Both the position numbers and the translations under genes were made by a program. 20,000 bases of DNA from Candidatus Lindowbacteria bacterium RIFCSPLOWO2_12_FULL_62_27 (GTDB taxonomy: Bacteria; Lindowbacteria; 2-12-FULL-62-27), in NCBI GenBank assembly GCA_001784175.1, contig MFPR01000003.1, positions 55,836-75,835 on the forward strand, given 5' to 3'. Position 1 is the stretch's first letter; each line of letters opens with the position of its first letter. The notes beneath the pieces were generated by a model. That model was not told the DNA's origin. It saw only the letters and a program-made list of their open reading frames with translations, and made no database searches. Positions 1 through 8,209 of this stretch are shown here, piece after piece.

Positions 1-318
1 CGTCACATAGAAATCCTTGGAGTCCACATCAAAGGAGATGCCGCAGGCCGGTTTCCCCAAAGTCCCAAGCATCGCAATGATGACATCATCCGCCTTCTGA
101 CTGCTGGTGTTGGTAAAGTCCAAGTCGATGGAAAAGCGGGTCTCTTTGCCATAGACGCATTTGCGGAGGCACGTACCGCCCTTGAAGGCCAACGTGTCGA
201 GGATTCCCGCATCGTGGAATATCTTGAGGACATAGGTCAGGACGATCTCACGCTCGGCCACCTCTATCCCAACGTGTGCGCCCTGGGCGAAGAGGTCGGC
301 GTATCGTTGTTCAATCAT
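1..318 (-). CDS. abiEii: AbiEii-family type IV TA toxin, nucleotidyltransferase (3' end outside window)
   Basis: Not in ORF track. Manual translation from ATG at 318 (ATGA overlap with the upstream stop) gives MIEQRYADLF...LAFKGGTCLRKCVYGKETRFSIDLDF, the AbiEii FKGGT..RFS.DLDF motifs. Frame is open to position 1. Confidence 0.93.
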   Translation of the reverse strand, partial: MIEQRYADLFAQGAHVGIEVAEREIVLTYVLKIFHDAGILDTLAFKGGTCLRKCVYGKETRFSIDLDFTNTSSQKADDVIIAMLGTLGKPACGISFDVDSKDFYVT

Positions 319-1136
319 CCGATTCGCACCTCACCCAGTAGATCCTCCTTCGGCACATTTAGAATGAGGTTCCACCGCGCATCCAGTTTCCCCTTCGTAC
401 CCCATCTTCGAGGAGACCCAAGCAGCGCCGGATTTTTTTTCACCTGGCCGGCGAGATAGGATTTCAGTCTGGCTGGCAGAGCAATACGCAACAGTTCGCA
501 CAGGTAAGCGAAACGACGGGCCAGAGCGCTGTCATCGAATCGTTGAAGATAGTCCAGTACCTTGGTCACGTCCATCTTCCGACCCGCATGGAATAACGCC
601 TGCGCTCCGGCCTCAATGCCTCCGACAAGATCGGGACGGTCGAGTGCGTCCAAGATCGACCGTTCCACGTCCGATACGTTGATCTTCTCACCCATGATCA
701 TGGCTTCCTTGTAGCCGAAGAATCGTTTGGCCGACAGCTCGACAAACTGGAATCGGACATTCTTGAGATCCATCGGCCGCTTGGGACGCCGCACCGCGAT
801 ATGAATGACGCGTGGAATTTGCGTCAACAACCCATGATGGGCGCACGCGAACCGGTAGGCAAAGAAGTGGGATTTTGGGAGCAGGCGCGCCATCAAGTAG
901 GGATTCATTTCCGGCACACCCTTCGGTCCCCTTGCGACCCCCACCAGGAGATAGTGGCCTTTTGTCAGCATTTCCAACCAGCCCTTTTTTCTGAGAACGT
1001 GCGCCATTTTGCGGGCATAGCCATTGGAGCAGCGCATGCGTTTCATAATATCGCCGATTGAGATCAGGCGCTGCTTTTCCCATTCCCATGCCAAGACAAT
1101 ATCGGCTTCCCGTTTGGAGAGGCTTCTTTGAGTCAT
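315..1136 (-). CDS. abiEi: AbiEi-family type IV TA antitoxin / transcriptional regulator
   Basis: N-terminal wHTH-like region (LRKKGWLEMLTKGHYLL), HGLLTQIP and VSDVERSILDALDRP motifs. Translationally coupled to abiEii. Start placed at ATG 1136 after AAAGGA. Confidence 0.9.
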   Translation of the reverse strand: MTQRSLSKREADIVLAWEWEKQRLISIGDIMKRMRCSNGYARKMAHVLRKKGWLEMLTKGHYLLVGVARGPKGVPEMNPYLMARLLPKSHFFAYRFACAHHGLLTQIPRVIHIAVRRPKRPMDLKNVRFQFVELSAKRFFGYKEAMIMGEKINVSDVERSILDALDRPDLVGGIEAGAQALFHAGRKMDVTKVLDYLQRFDDSALARRFAYLCELLRIALPARLKSYLAGQVKKNPALLGSPRRWGTKGKLDARWNLILNVPKEDLLGEVRIG

Positions 1137-1152
1137 ATTATCTGTCCTTTTG

Positions 1153-1201
1153 AATGTTACTGAATTTGTAACATTGTCGTGTATAAATATCGTCATGTCA
1201 A
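1153..1201 (-). promoter_or_regulatory. sigma70-type promoter of abiEi-abiEii with overlapping 8-7-8 inverted repeat (candidate operator)
   Basis: Minus strand TTGACA (1201-1196), 17 bp, GACAAT (1178-1173). IR AATGTTAC-N7-GTAACATT at 1153-1175. Confidence 0.7.
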
Positions 1202-2529
1202 GTTCGAAAGCACCCAAAAAAGGGAAAAGGGGTCATTTTTCCTTATTCCTTTTTCTCCTTTTCTTCTTTCTTCTCAACGCGATTCGGGGCGCGTCGGAAG
1301 TGGAACTCGACGGCCTCACGGCGCTTCGAAAGAGTTCCGTCTTGAGCGTCCGGCTGGATGACCGCTATCGTAAAAACCCGGCTGAAATCGCGCGCCTGCC
1401 GGTGGGTCTGCCCGATGGCGGCTCCGTGCCTCTCTCGGCACTGGCCGATATTGAGCATCCCGTTCGCAATGACGGGCGGCGTGTTCTCTCTATATTTAAC
1501 TTTGTGCTACCTATCGCCGCCCCAGCGGGAACTTATCGAATCAGAGTCGCTCTTCGTAGCCCTTTTTCCAAAAAACCGTTCTATAGACACAAGAATGGTG
1601 AGCCGATGGACATCTTCAAGGTGTCCGGTCGGAAGTTCGAGCCGGTTATTGTGGACGCGGGGACGATGAAGATGACGGGTCGGAGGTTCGAGCCGGTTAT
1701 TGTGGACGCGGGGACGATAAAAATGACGGGGCAGGCAGGATTCGAGCCCATAACCGTGCGGACAGATGAGATCAAGGTGACCGGGGTGAAGTTCGACCCA
1801 GTCACCGTCCGTACGGATGAGTTGAGCATGACCGGTCGTAGATTCGATCCTGTAACGCTCCGTACGGACGAGCTGACCATGACAGGCCGGCGCTTCGATC
1901 CCGTGAGTTTCCGTGCGTCCGAGGAAATGACGATGACAGGCCGGCGCTTCGATCCCATGAGTTTCCGTGCGTCCGAGGAAATGATGATGACCGGGCAGAG
2001 GACCGACCAGACAACGCCAGCAGCGTCAAAAACGGGCAATACGGATTTTTCGAAATCGACCGTGGAGAAAGAGAAATCGGTTCCCGAATTCAAACGCCCA
2101 TCGGGTCTTCCGGCAAAAACAGGACTGGACCCGGCGGAGTTTTCCTTTAGAACCAGTGGGAATGTCAAAGCATCATTCAACGGCCAGACTCTCCACGTTC
2201 ATGCTCCCGGTCTCGACGCGGGATGGAAGCTCAATTTTAATTTACCGCCCGAAGAGAAGGCGGCCTTTACGGTCAGCGTCGGGCAACCCTTCAAATTCAA
2301 ATTGAATCTCGCGGAATCCCCGCTAAATATCGTAGCATCCGGATCGGTGATGCTTGTGGCCCCGGGCACGGCGAAGGTGGAGTTCTCTTCCCTGATGGTG
2401 GCGTTCGATGGAGAGGAGAGTATGGATGTGGTGGAGCTTCCGGTGGCGGTCACGGCCGTCGGATCTGCGCAGGTGCCAGTGGGGACGTTGAAGATTTCTG
2501 TGTCGCCGGGTGAGGAGGTCGAGGAGTGA
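1195..2529 (+). CDS. Secreted/membrane-anchored protein with partial Ig-like domain, tandem 17/18-aa repeats and beta-rich C-terminal domain
   Basis: Basic n-region plus hydrophobic stretch (KKGKRGHFSLFLFLLFFFLL) after ATG 1195. In-frame repeats show synonymous variation. Contains a segment paralogous to the 3003-5581 gene. Start is inferred. Confidence 0.75.
   Translation: MSSSKAPKKGKRGHFSLFLFLLFFFLLNAIRGASEVELDGLTALRKSSVLSVRLDDRYRKNPAEIARLPVGLPDGGSVPLSALADIEHPVRNDGRRVLSIFNFVLPIAAPAGTYRIRVALRSPFSKKPFYRHKNGEPMDIFKVSGRKFEPVIVDAGTMKMTGRRFEPVIVDAGTIKMTGQAGFEPITVRTDEIKVTGVKFDPVTVRTDELSMTGRRFDPVTLRTDELTMTGRRFDPVSFRASEEMTMTGRRFDPMSFRASEEMMMTGQRTDQTTPAASKTGNTDFSKSTVEKEKSVPEFKRPSGLPAKTGLDPAEFSFRTSGNVKASFNGQTLHVHAPGLDAGWKLNFNLPPEEKAAFTVSVGQPFKFKLNLAESPLNIVASGSVMLVAPGTAKVEFSSLMVAFDGEESMDVVELPVAVTAVGSAQVPVGTLKISVSPGEEVEE
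1627..1995 (+). repeat. Seven intragenic tandem repeats of 51/54 bp, consensus GRRF(D/E)PVx(V/L/F)xxxE(L/M/I)xMT
   Basis: Units start at 1627, 1678, 1729, 1783, 1834, 1885 and 1939. Units 1/2 and 6/7 are nearly identical at DNA level. Confidence 0.95.
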
Positions 2530-2561
2530 GTTCCATGGTCTTTGGCGCCGATCAGTCGACC

Positions 2562-2756
2562 TTACGCCTTCCAAGGATGAGGAATCCCAAGGTCTCTGCA
2601 GATTTTCTGGACCATTCGATTGGACAATTCCCGGTGTCGGGGAATGCTCGAGGTTCTAAGTGTTTGCGGATGGTAATAAATCGTGTGGCGGGTACCTTCC
2701 CGGAAGAGGCGGCACCCGCGAGTTTCCAGATGCCGGATCGCCTCGCCTCTTTTCAT
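2562..2756 (-). CDS. hicA: HicA-family toxin (mRNA interferase)
   Basis: 64 aa, basic, REGTRHTIY and IPRH motifs, ends ICRDLGI. ATGA overlap with hicB. Confidence 0.93.
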   Translation of the reverse strand: MKRGEAIRHLETRGCRLFREGTRHTIYYHPQTLRTSSIPRHRELSNRMVQKICRDLGIPHPWKA

Positions 2757-2977
2757 GCCGCGCGAATTTCGAGGGCTTCCCGGATCACCTCTCTATCTCG
2801 GACGAAGCGCCGGGCCAGTTCACGGTTGGCCTCCATGACCAACTTGACGGCTTCTTTCAAATTCCGCCGGGCTTCTGGAAGCGTCCGGCCCTGGGTGTTG
2901 GCGCCCGGCAGTTCCTCGACAAATCCGATCCACCATTTACCGTCTTTTTCAAAAACCGCAGTGAATTTACGTTTCAT
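2753..2977 (-). CDS. hicB: Short HicB-family antitoxin
   Basis: 74 aa, WWIGFVEELPGANTQGRTLPEARRNLKEAV is the HicB core. No C-terminal DNA-binding domain. Confidence 0.93.
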   Translation of the reverse strand: MKRKFTAVFEKDGKWWIGFVEELPGANTQGRTLPEARRNLKEAVKLVMEANRELARRFVRDREVIREALEIRAA

Positions 2978-2983
2978 ATGCAG

Positions 2984-3012
2984 AGATTACCGCCGGCGGG
3001 TGATGAAGTCAA
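2984..3012 (-). promoter_or_regulatory. sigma70-type promoter for hicB-hicA, probably leaderless
   Basis: Minus strand TTGACT (3012-3007), 17 bp, TAATCT (2989-2984), 6 nt, then ATG at 2977. No Shine-Dalgarno. Confidence 0.65.
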
Positions 3013-5581
3013 CTCGAATCGTTGGGCTGCTCGTTGGGCTGCTGTCGGCGTGTCTGGCCGGATTTCTATTGGCATGGGCTAGCCCCGCAAACGCCGTTCA
3101 GGTGGACGGTCCTGTGGCCGCCAGGGAAACTTACAGCCCGGGCGACGCAGTCGAAGTTTCGATCAAGGTCGTCAACGACGGCGCCAAAAAATAATATTTA
3201 TCCCGCTTCTGGACATCGACGGGCCGAATGGCGAGCCGGTTTACCGCGGTGCGCAGGACCGGCTCATGAGAAAGAAAAAGGTCCGGCTTGTGGCGGGGAA
3301 ATCCGAGACGGTCAGGTTCAGATTTGACCTCTCTCGCGATGCCCCGCAAGGGACCTACCGCGCCCGCGCGGCGCTTCGAAGTCCCTTCTCATCAAAACCT
3401 TTTTACCGTCATCGTAACGGGGAACTGATGGACGTGTTCATGGTTGCCGGGGGCGCCTCGGCTCCGGAAACCACGCCTATTTCGGCCGTCCCCGCGGTCC
3501 CTGAAATCCCGCCATTGCCCGCGCCCGAATTGGCCGGACCGCCGGATGAGCAGGCCAAAAATATTCTCCGGCTCATCCAGGACGCTTATGCGCGCAAGGA
3601 CCTCGACGGTATCGTGCAGTATCTTTCTCCGACCGCGGTCATCGCCCTCCCCTCCGGCCGGCAGGATGTTTCTACCTATCGGCGGACACTTGGATCGCTG
3701 TTCATGGCGCTGGACAATCCGCGGTGGGAATATGAAATCGTCTCCGTCAGCCCGGACCCCAAGAGCGGCGCGATCCGCGTCAGGGTTCAATCCACCTATT
3801 CCGCAAATCTGATTGAGTTGATCGGCGTCAATCCCGCGGCGCTGGAACGGGCCGGTGAGCCGCCGGCCCTGCAGTCGCGGGTTCTCGAATCGTTTAAGGC
3901 CTCTGCGGGGGAAATATTCGAATTCCGGCCGGATGTCTCCGGGCAGATGCGGATCGTCGAACTGGCATCGGTCCTGCGGCTCGATCCAACGATTGCAGAC
4001 CAGATCGCGGAGCTGACGGCCACGTGGGAGTCCAAGGTCGCCATTGTTTCACTTTTTTTCTATCTTGAGGAGAAAGAGGTGGACAAGTTCGCCTCCCTCA
4101 TCCACGAGAAATTCATCAACAATGACGACAACTCCTTCAACCACGGCAGGACCGAATTCCTTGAATCGGTCCGCGCCGACCTCGATCATCTCTCCAATTT
4201 CGACCACGGCGTCCGGGTGGAGTCGATCCTGTTCAACAGCGACCGTTCGGAGGCGCGCGTGCCGGTCACGTGGGACCGCCGCGCGCGTATCGGCAACACC
4301 AAGTCGGAGTGGACGGTCAAGGACAGAAAAACCGTTTTCACCTTGAAGCGCGGGTCCGGATTCAAACTCGCTCAAATCGAGGGCAGTCCCTTGTTCGGCA
4401 ATTCGAGTTTTCTCACACGCAAGACGCTGATCAACGCGGGCGAGGTCGACGCTGCGAAAGTGACGAAGGCGATCGTGGTGGACGACAAACGTGAGACAGC
4501 CGCCGCATCGAGCGCGGATGTGCCTGAACTTCCCGCGGAACAGCTTTCCAGCCTCAGCGTGAGTTCGGAAGTGACAGGCAGTATTTCGTCCAGCCCGACA
4601 ACGGATCAGACATGGACAGGCAATGTCGCCTTGATGACCAGCATGACCATCCCGGCCAGCGTCACGATTACCATCAAGGCGGCAACCGTGACAGTGGCGA
4701 ATAACGTAGCGATCACAGTGGAAGGCACGGTTGACGCCACCTCGGCGTCAACTACATTCAGCATGGGTACGGGTTCCAGTATCACAATTAATGGGATATT
4801 TAATGCAACCTCCGCGACGTTCAAGAAATCATCCGGGGCTGATACATGGAGTGGGATAACGACAGGATCGGCCGCCACTGTCACCCTTTCTTCCTGCACA
4901 CTCCAGGATGCGGACACGTTGGTTACCGTCAACGGCGGGTCACCCACATTTCAGAACGGGACGGTCAAACCCGGGTTTTGCGCTTTCTATATAAAGGGCG
5001 GGTCTCCGAGCATCTCGAATATTACATTTACGTCGAATACAGGGGCCGCCGCCACCGCATATGCGATGATTATCAGCGCGGGTACAACCATCACATTCAG
5101 TGATAATACAATCTCTAACCTGACCGGCCCTGTTATCAACGGATTCAGAAGAGCTGTTCAGATCAACAGCACTTTTTCGGGTACATATAATTCCTCTAGA
5201 AACGTCTTCGATGGTAATGCCCACTACGCCAACACCCCAGTGGGTGTCATGGCAAGCACCAGCAATGCAACATTAAATTTTACTAATGATGTTTACAAAA
5301 ACTGGTCGAATGGAATTCGAAGTGCGGGAGCCAACGAAGTCGATGAAGATGACGATGGCTCCCGGATGACCGTCACCAACTGCGATTTTTCTCGCGGCCC
5401 TCTTGTCGGCGGAAACGGCACTGGAGACGGGACGCCCAGCAACGTCTTAAACGGCTGTTATTTCGATAATTCCGGCAACGGAACCAGCGTAGATACGGGA
5501 ACAACTGTGCCGGATTCTGCCTCTTTTTCCTATGAAGATGTGTCGAGTGTCAGCAATCCACGCTCGACGAAAAACAACTGA
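3003..5581 (+). CDS. Secreted multidomain protein (signal peptide, Ig-like, Pro-rich linker, two NTF2-like domains, right-handed beta-helix), interrupted by a -1 frameshift at 3186-3191
   Basis: ATG 3003 gives a signal peptide (..ASPANA/VQ) and YSPGDAVEVSIKVVNDGAKK-stop(3192-3194). The -1 frame continues IIFIPLLDIDGPNGEPVY..MRKKKVRLVAGKSETVRFRFDL..APQGTY into ORF 3266-5581, completing one Ig-like domain. The C-terminal third is T/S/N/G-rich with ISNITF/FSDNTI-like turns. Confidence 0.8.
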
Positions 5582-5714
5582 AATGGGCTGTTCCACGATC
5601 CTGTTCGGTCTTGTGATTCCAAGAGATGACTTGAAGACCATCCGCCGGTCGGCGTTTCCATTAGACCTGCAGGCAGGTCACTTGGATGGGCGTTTTGTTG
5701 GGGGGATCGATGCG

Positions 5715-8012
5715 GTGGCGGAGATTGGCAGGCGGTCCGTCTGCTGTCCATCCCGGTGCCCGGCCGGCATCCGGATTCTGTCGGCTCTCTGGATAGTTGC
5801 CTGTTTCTTTGGGTCGACTCCCTGTTTTGCCCTCAGCGTCATGTTCCCGGGCGAGGGCATCAAAGTCGTGACGGCGCGCGCGGGCAAGGAGATCCAGAAG
5901 GTCCGGGAGATGGACAACGACGTGGGCCGCGCGGTGGACGGGGGCCTTCGGCTGATCGACCCCAATACGTGGGGCGTGAATTTCGATCAATTTAATTTTG
6001 CGATGACGGCGGCGGGCTACAAAAAAAGCGTGGACGGCAACAAGTCCCGTTCTTTTTTCGACCGGGGGACGCATGAGGAGGCGTCGTTCAAATTGGACGG
6101 CAAGAAGCGATATCTCCAGCTCGGCGGCGGCGAATTCAGCACGAACGCAAGCGTGCGATTCACGGACGACCGCCAAGTCCAGCCCAAAAAACGGTGGCTC
6201 ATGCAAGGCGTATATGGAACGTTCGAACGCGCCGACCGCTACAGCCTGCGTCTGGGAAATGTCAGCGGAAGCTTTTCGTCCTACTCCCTTTCGGCAAGCT
6301 CCAACGTCGGCATTCACTACACCAACAAATTCCTCGGCGACCAGTCGCCCGCGCAGGAATTCCAGATGTATCTGGCCCGGCCCACCCGGGCCCTCGCCGC
6401 CACGTCCTTCGACCGGTTCGTCTATGGGTTTCGCCTGGGCGGTATCGGAAAATCGCGCTGGAAATCCATCCAGCAGTTGGGCCTAAGTTACGCGAAGACA
6501 AAGGATCAGGTGGACAGTATCGAGGACACCAACGCCCGCCCGGCCAACGCGGTCGAAAATGACGTCTACGCGGTTGACGCGGATCTCAATGTGACTCCGA
6601 AACTCAACGTGAAAGCCGAGGCGGCCTATTCCCGTTTCGATCCCAACACGCAGTCCGATCCAACGGATCGCATATTCGGCTATGCATACAAGTTCAACAC
6701 ATCCTATCAGTCGCCTGCTCGGTGGATGTTTGACCCGGCGCGCTGGAGCCTCGGTTTCGAACACGTCGATCCGACCTACCGCGCGACTTCCGGCGGTGGG
6801 TCGGCCGACGCCCAGCGGTTCAACGGCGGCGTCTCCACGGCCCTGAAGTCCGCCTTGGATTTGCCTGACGCCCAGATCGGCTATACGTTTTCCGGGAATA
6901 AAAATAATCTCGACGGCCAGCTCGCGAGGCGGACGACCACGGAGATTCATTCGGCGAATGCGAGTTTCAAACCGTTTCAGAAATACGCGCTGGAGAAAAG
7001 CGGCGCGCGGATCAAAGAGATCGCCAAAAACATGAGCGCGTCCGCCGCCGTTCAGCAGAACAAGAACTGGACCAGCGATAATACGACGCATACAACCACC
7101 AACAACCAGAATTATCAGCTCAATACTTCGACCGGGAGTCACACGCTTTCGACGTTCTTCCGATATCAGATCACGACGGAGAAAACGGCGGCGACGGGAA
7201 ACCGGCGGAACGAAAGCAAAGGGTTGACCTACGGATACAGGGACTTTGCGTGGCGCTTTTTCCCCGCCGCGCGTCTCCTGCCGGAACACGAGTTTAAAAC
7301 CGACCTGTCTTTGAACGCAACGCAGACGCTCGACAAAACCATGGACGCGGCCGGCCGGTCGCACAACCGGCAGTACGGCGTGACCGCGCAAACGGATGTG
7401 CGGGACGACGAGCGGCTGGACGTCAATTACTCGCTTGGGTTGACCGACAATCTCAACGAAAACAGCGATATCCGGACGACGAACTGGAAGTTCGCCTACG
7501 TGATTGAAAAATTCATCCATGCGGATGGAGAACTGGGGCTCTCGTACACGCAGAATAGGACGAGGGAAGAGATCAAGACACAGGACTACAGGGAGGAACT
7601 CTGGCGGGTGGACGCGAATTTGAAATGGGGCGGGCCGCCGGCGGAAGTGGCCGAGCTTCGCCAGCAGGTTGAGTTTGCGGTGCAGGAAATCCTGAAGACA
7701 TTCGCGTCGGAGGATTATCTTGGGTTTGTGAAGCTCGTCAGCGACAATTTCAAGGCGAACCGTGAGGAACTCCTGATCAACATCCAGAATCAACTGAATA
7801 TGGTGGACACGATCAAATACGACGGCGTCTGGATCAGCCGGACGGTGCCGGGGGAAGGCGGAGCTGAAGTGACATTCCTATGGCAACGCCGGTTGCGCGT
7901 AACGGCCACAGGCGCCGAGGAGCGCCAAACCGGTACGGCTTTATTTCGTCTGGAAAAATCGGGTGATCTATTTCTCCTTCAGGAAATCCGTGAGGCCAAT
8001 CCATTTTTTTGA
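5715..8012 (+). CDS. Putative outer-membrane beta-barrel protein with C-terminal NTF2-like domain
   Basis: Signal-like segment (ILSALWIVACFFGSTPCFA) and many amphipathic strands with aromatic girdles (VYAVDADLNV, LNVKAEAAYS, YAYKFNTSY, WRVDANLKW), then an alpha/beta domain. Start uncertain; GTG 5715 chosen, ORF open from 5532. Confidence 0.75.
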   Translation: MAEIGRRSVCCPSRCPAGIRILSALWIVACFFGSTPCFALSVMFPGEGIKVVTARAGKEIQKVREMDNDVGRAVDGGLRLIDPNTWGVNFDQFNFAMTAAGYKKSVDGNKSRSFFDRGTHEEASFKLDGKKRYLQLGGGEFSTNASVRFTDDRQVQPKKRWLMQGVYGTFERADRYSLRLGNVSGSFSSYSLSASSNVGIHYTNKFLGDQSPAQEFQMYLARPTRALAATSFDRFVYGFRLGGIGKSRWKSIQQLGLSYAKTKDQVDSIEDTNARPANAVENDVYAVDADLNVTPKLNVKAEAAYSRFDPNTQSDPTDRIFGYAYKFNTSYQSPARWMFDPARWSLGFEHVDPTYRATSGGGSADAQRFNGGVSTALKSALDLPDAQIGYTFSGNKNNLDGQLARRTTTEIHSANASFKPFQKYALEKSGARIKEIAKNMSASAAVQQNKNWTSDNTTHTTTNNQNYQLNTSTGSHTLSTFFRYQITTEKTAATGNRRNESKGLTYGYRDFAWRFFPAARLLPEHEFKTDLSLNATQTLDKTMDAAGRSHNRQYGVTAQTDVRDDERLDVNYSLGLTDNLNENSDIRTTNWKFAYVIEKFIHADGELGLSYTQNRTREEIKTQDYREELWRVDANLKWGGPPAEVAELRQQVEFAVQEILKTFASEDYLGFVKLVSDNFKANREELLINIQNQLNMVDTIKYDGVWISRTVPGEGGAEVTFLWQRRLRVTATGAEERQTGTALFRLEKSGDLFLLQEIREANPFF

Positions 8013-8209
8013 TTTTGCCGCCCCTTTCCGATTCCCGCGGTGTTTCGCTCGGCCGGTGTCGGGCTTGGATTGCATCCGTTCCTCGGCCGGGATGAGAAAT
8101 TTTGATGTGCTTCTTAAGACACATCCGGCCCGGCCCGGAACGCAGGCCGTATCGAGCAGCAGGCAGTGATCCAGCGCGATATCGAAATGCGGGCAGGAAA
8201 ACGAGCCCA

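Noticed and set aside
1150-1217. Longer starts for the AbiEi and repeat-protein ORFs
   Set aside because: They overlap each other and the promoter/operator; ATG 1136 and ATG 1195 fit better.
1627-1995. Possible CRISPR array
   Set aside because: Units are contiguous multiples of 3 with synonymous variation and no unique spacers; no cas genes.
2526-3194. 222-aa ORF as a single gene
   Set aside because: Its first 159 codons are antisense to hicA/hicB; only the part from ATG 3003 looks coding.
5638-5689. Short palindromes after the beta-helix gene (GACCTG-CAGG-CAGGTC; CCATCC/GGATGG) as terminator or REP
   Set aside because: No immediate U-tract and only one copy in the window; support too weak.
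1-5700. Integron cassette array or mobile element explaining the TA modules
   Set aside because: No attC-like sites, integrase, transposase, terminal repeats or target duplications found by eye.
6483-7793. 436-aa minus-strand ORF
   Set aside because: Antisense shadow of the beta-barrel gene in GC-rich DNA; no motifs.
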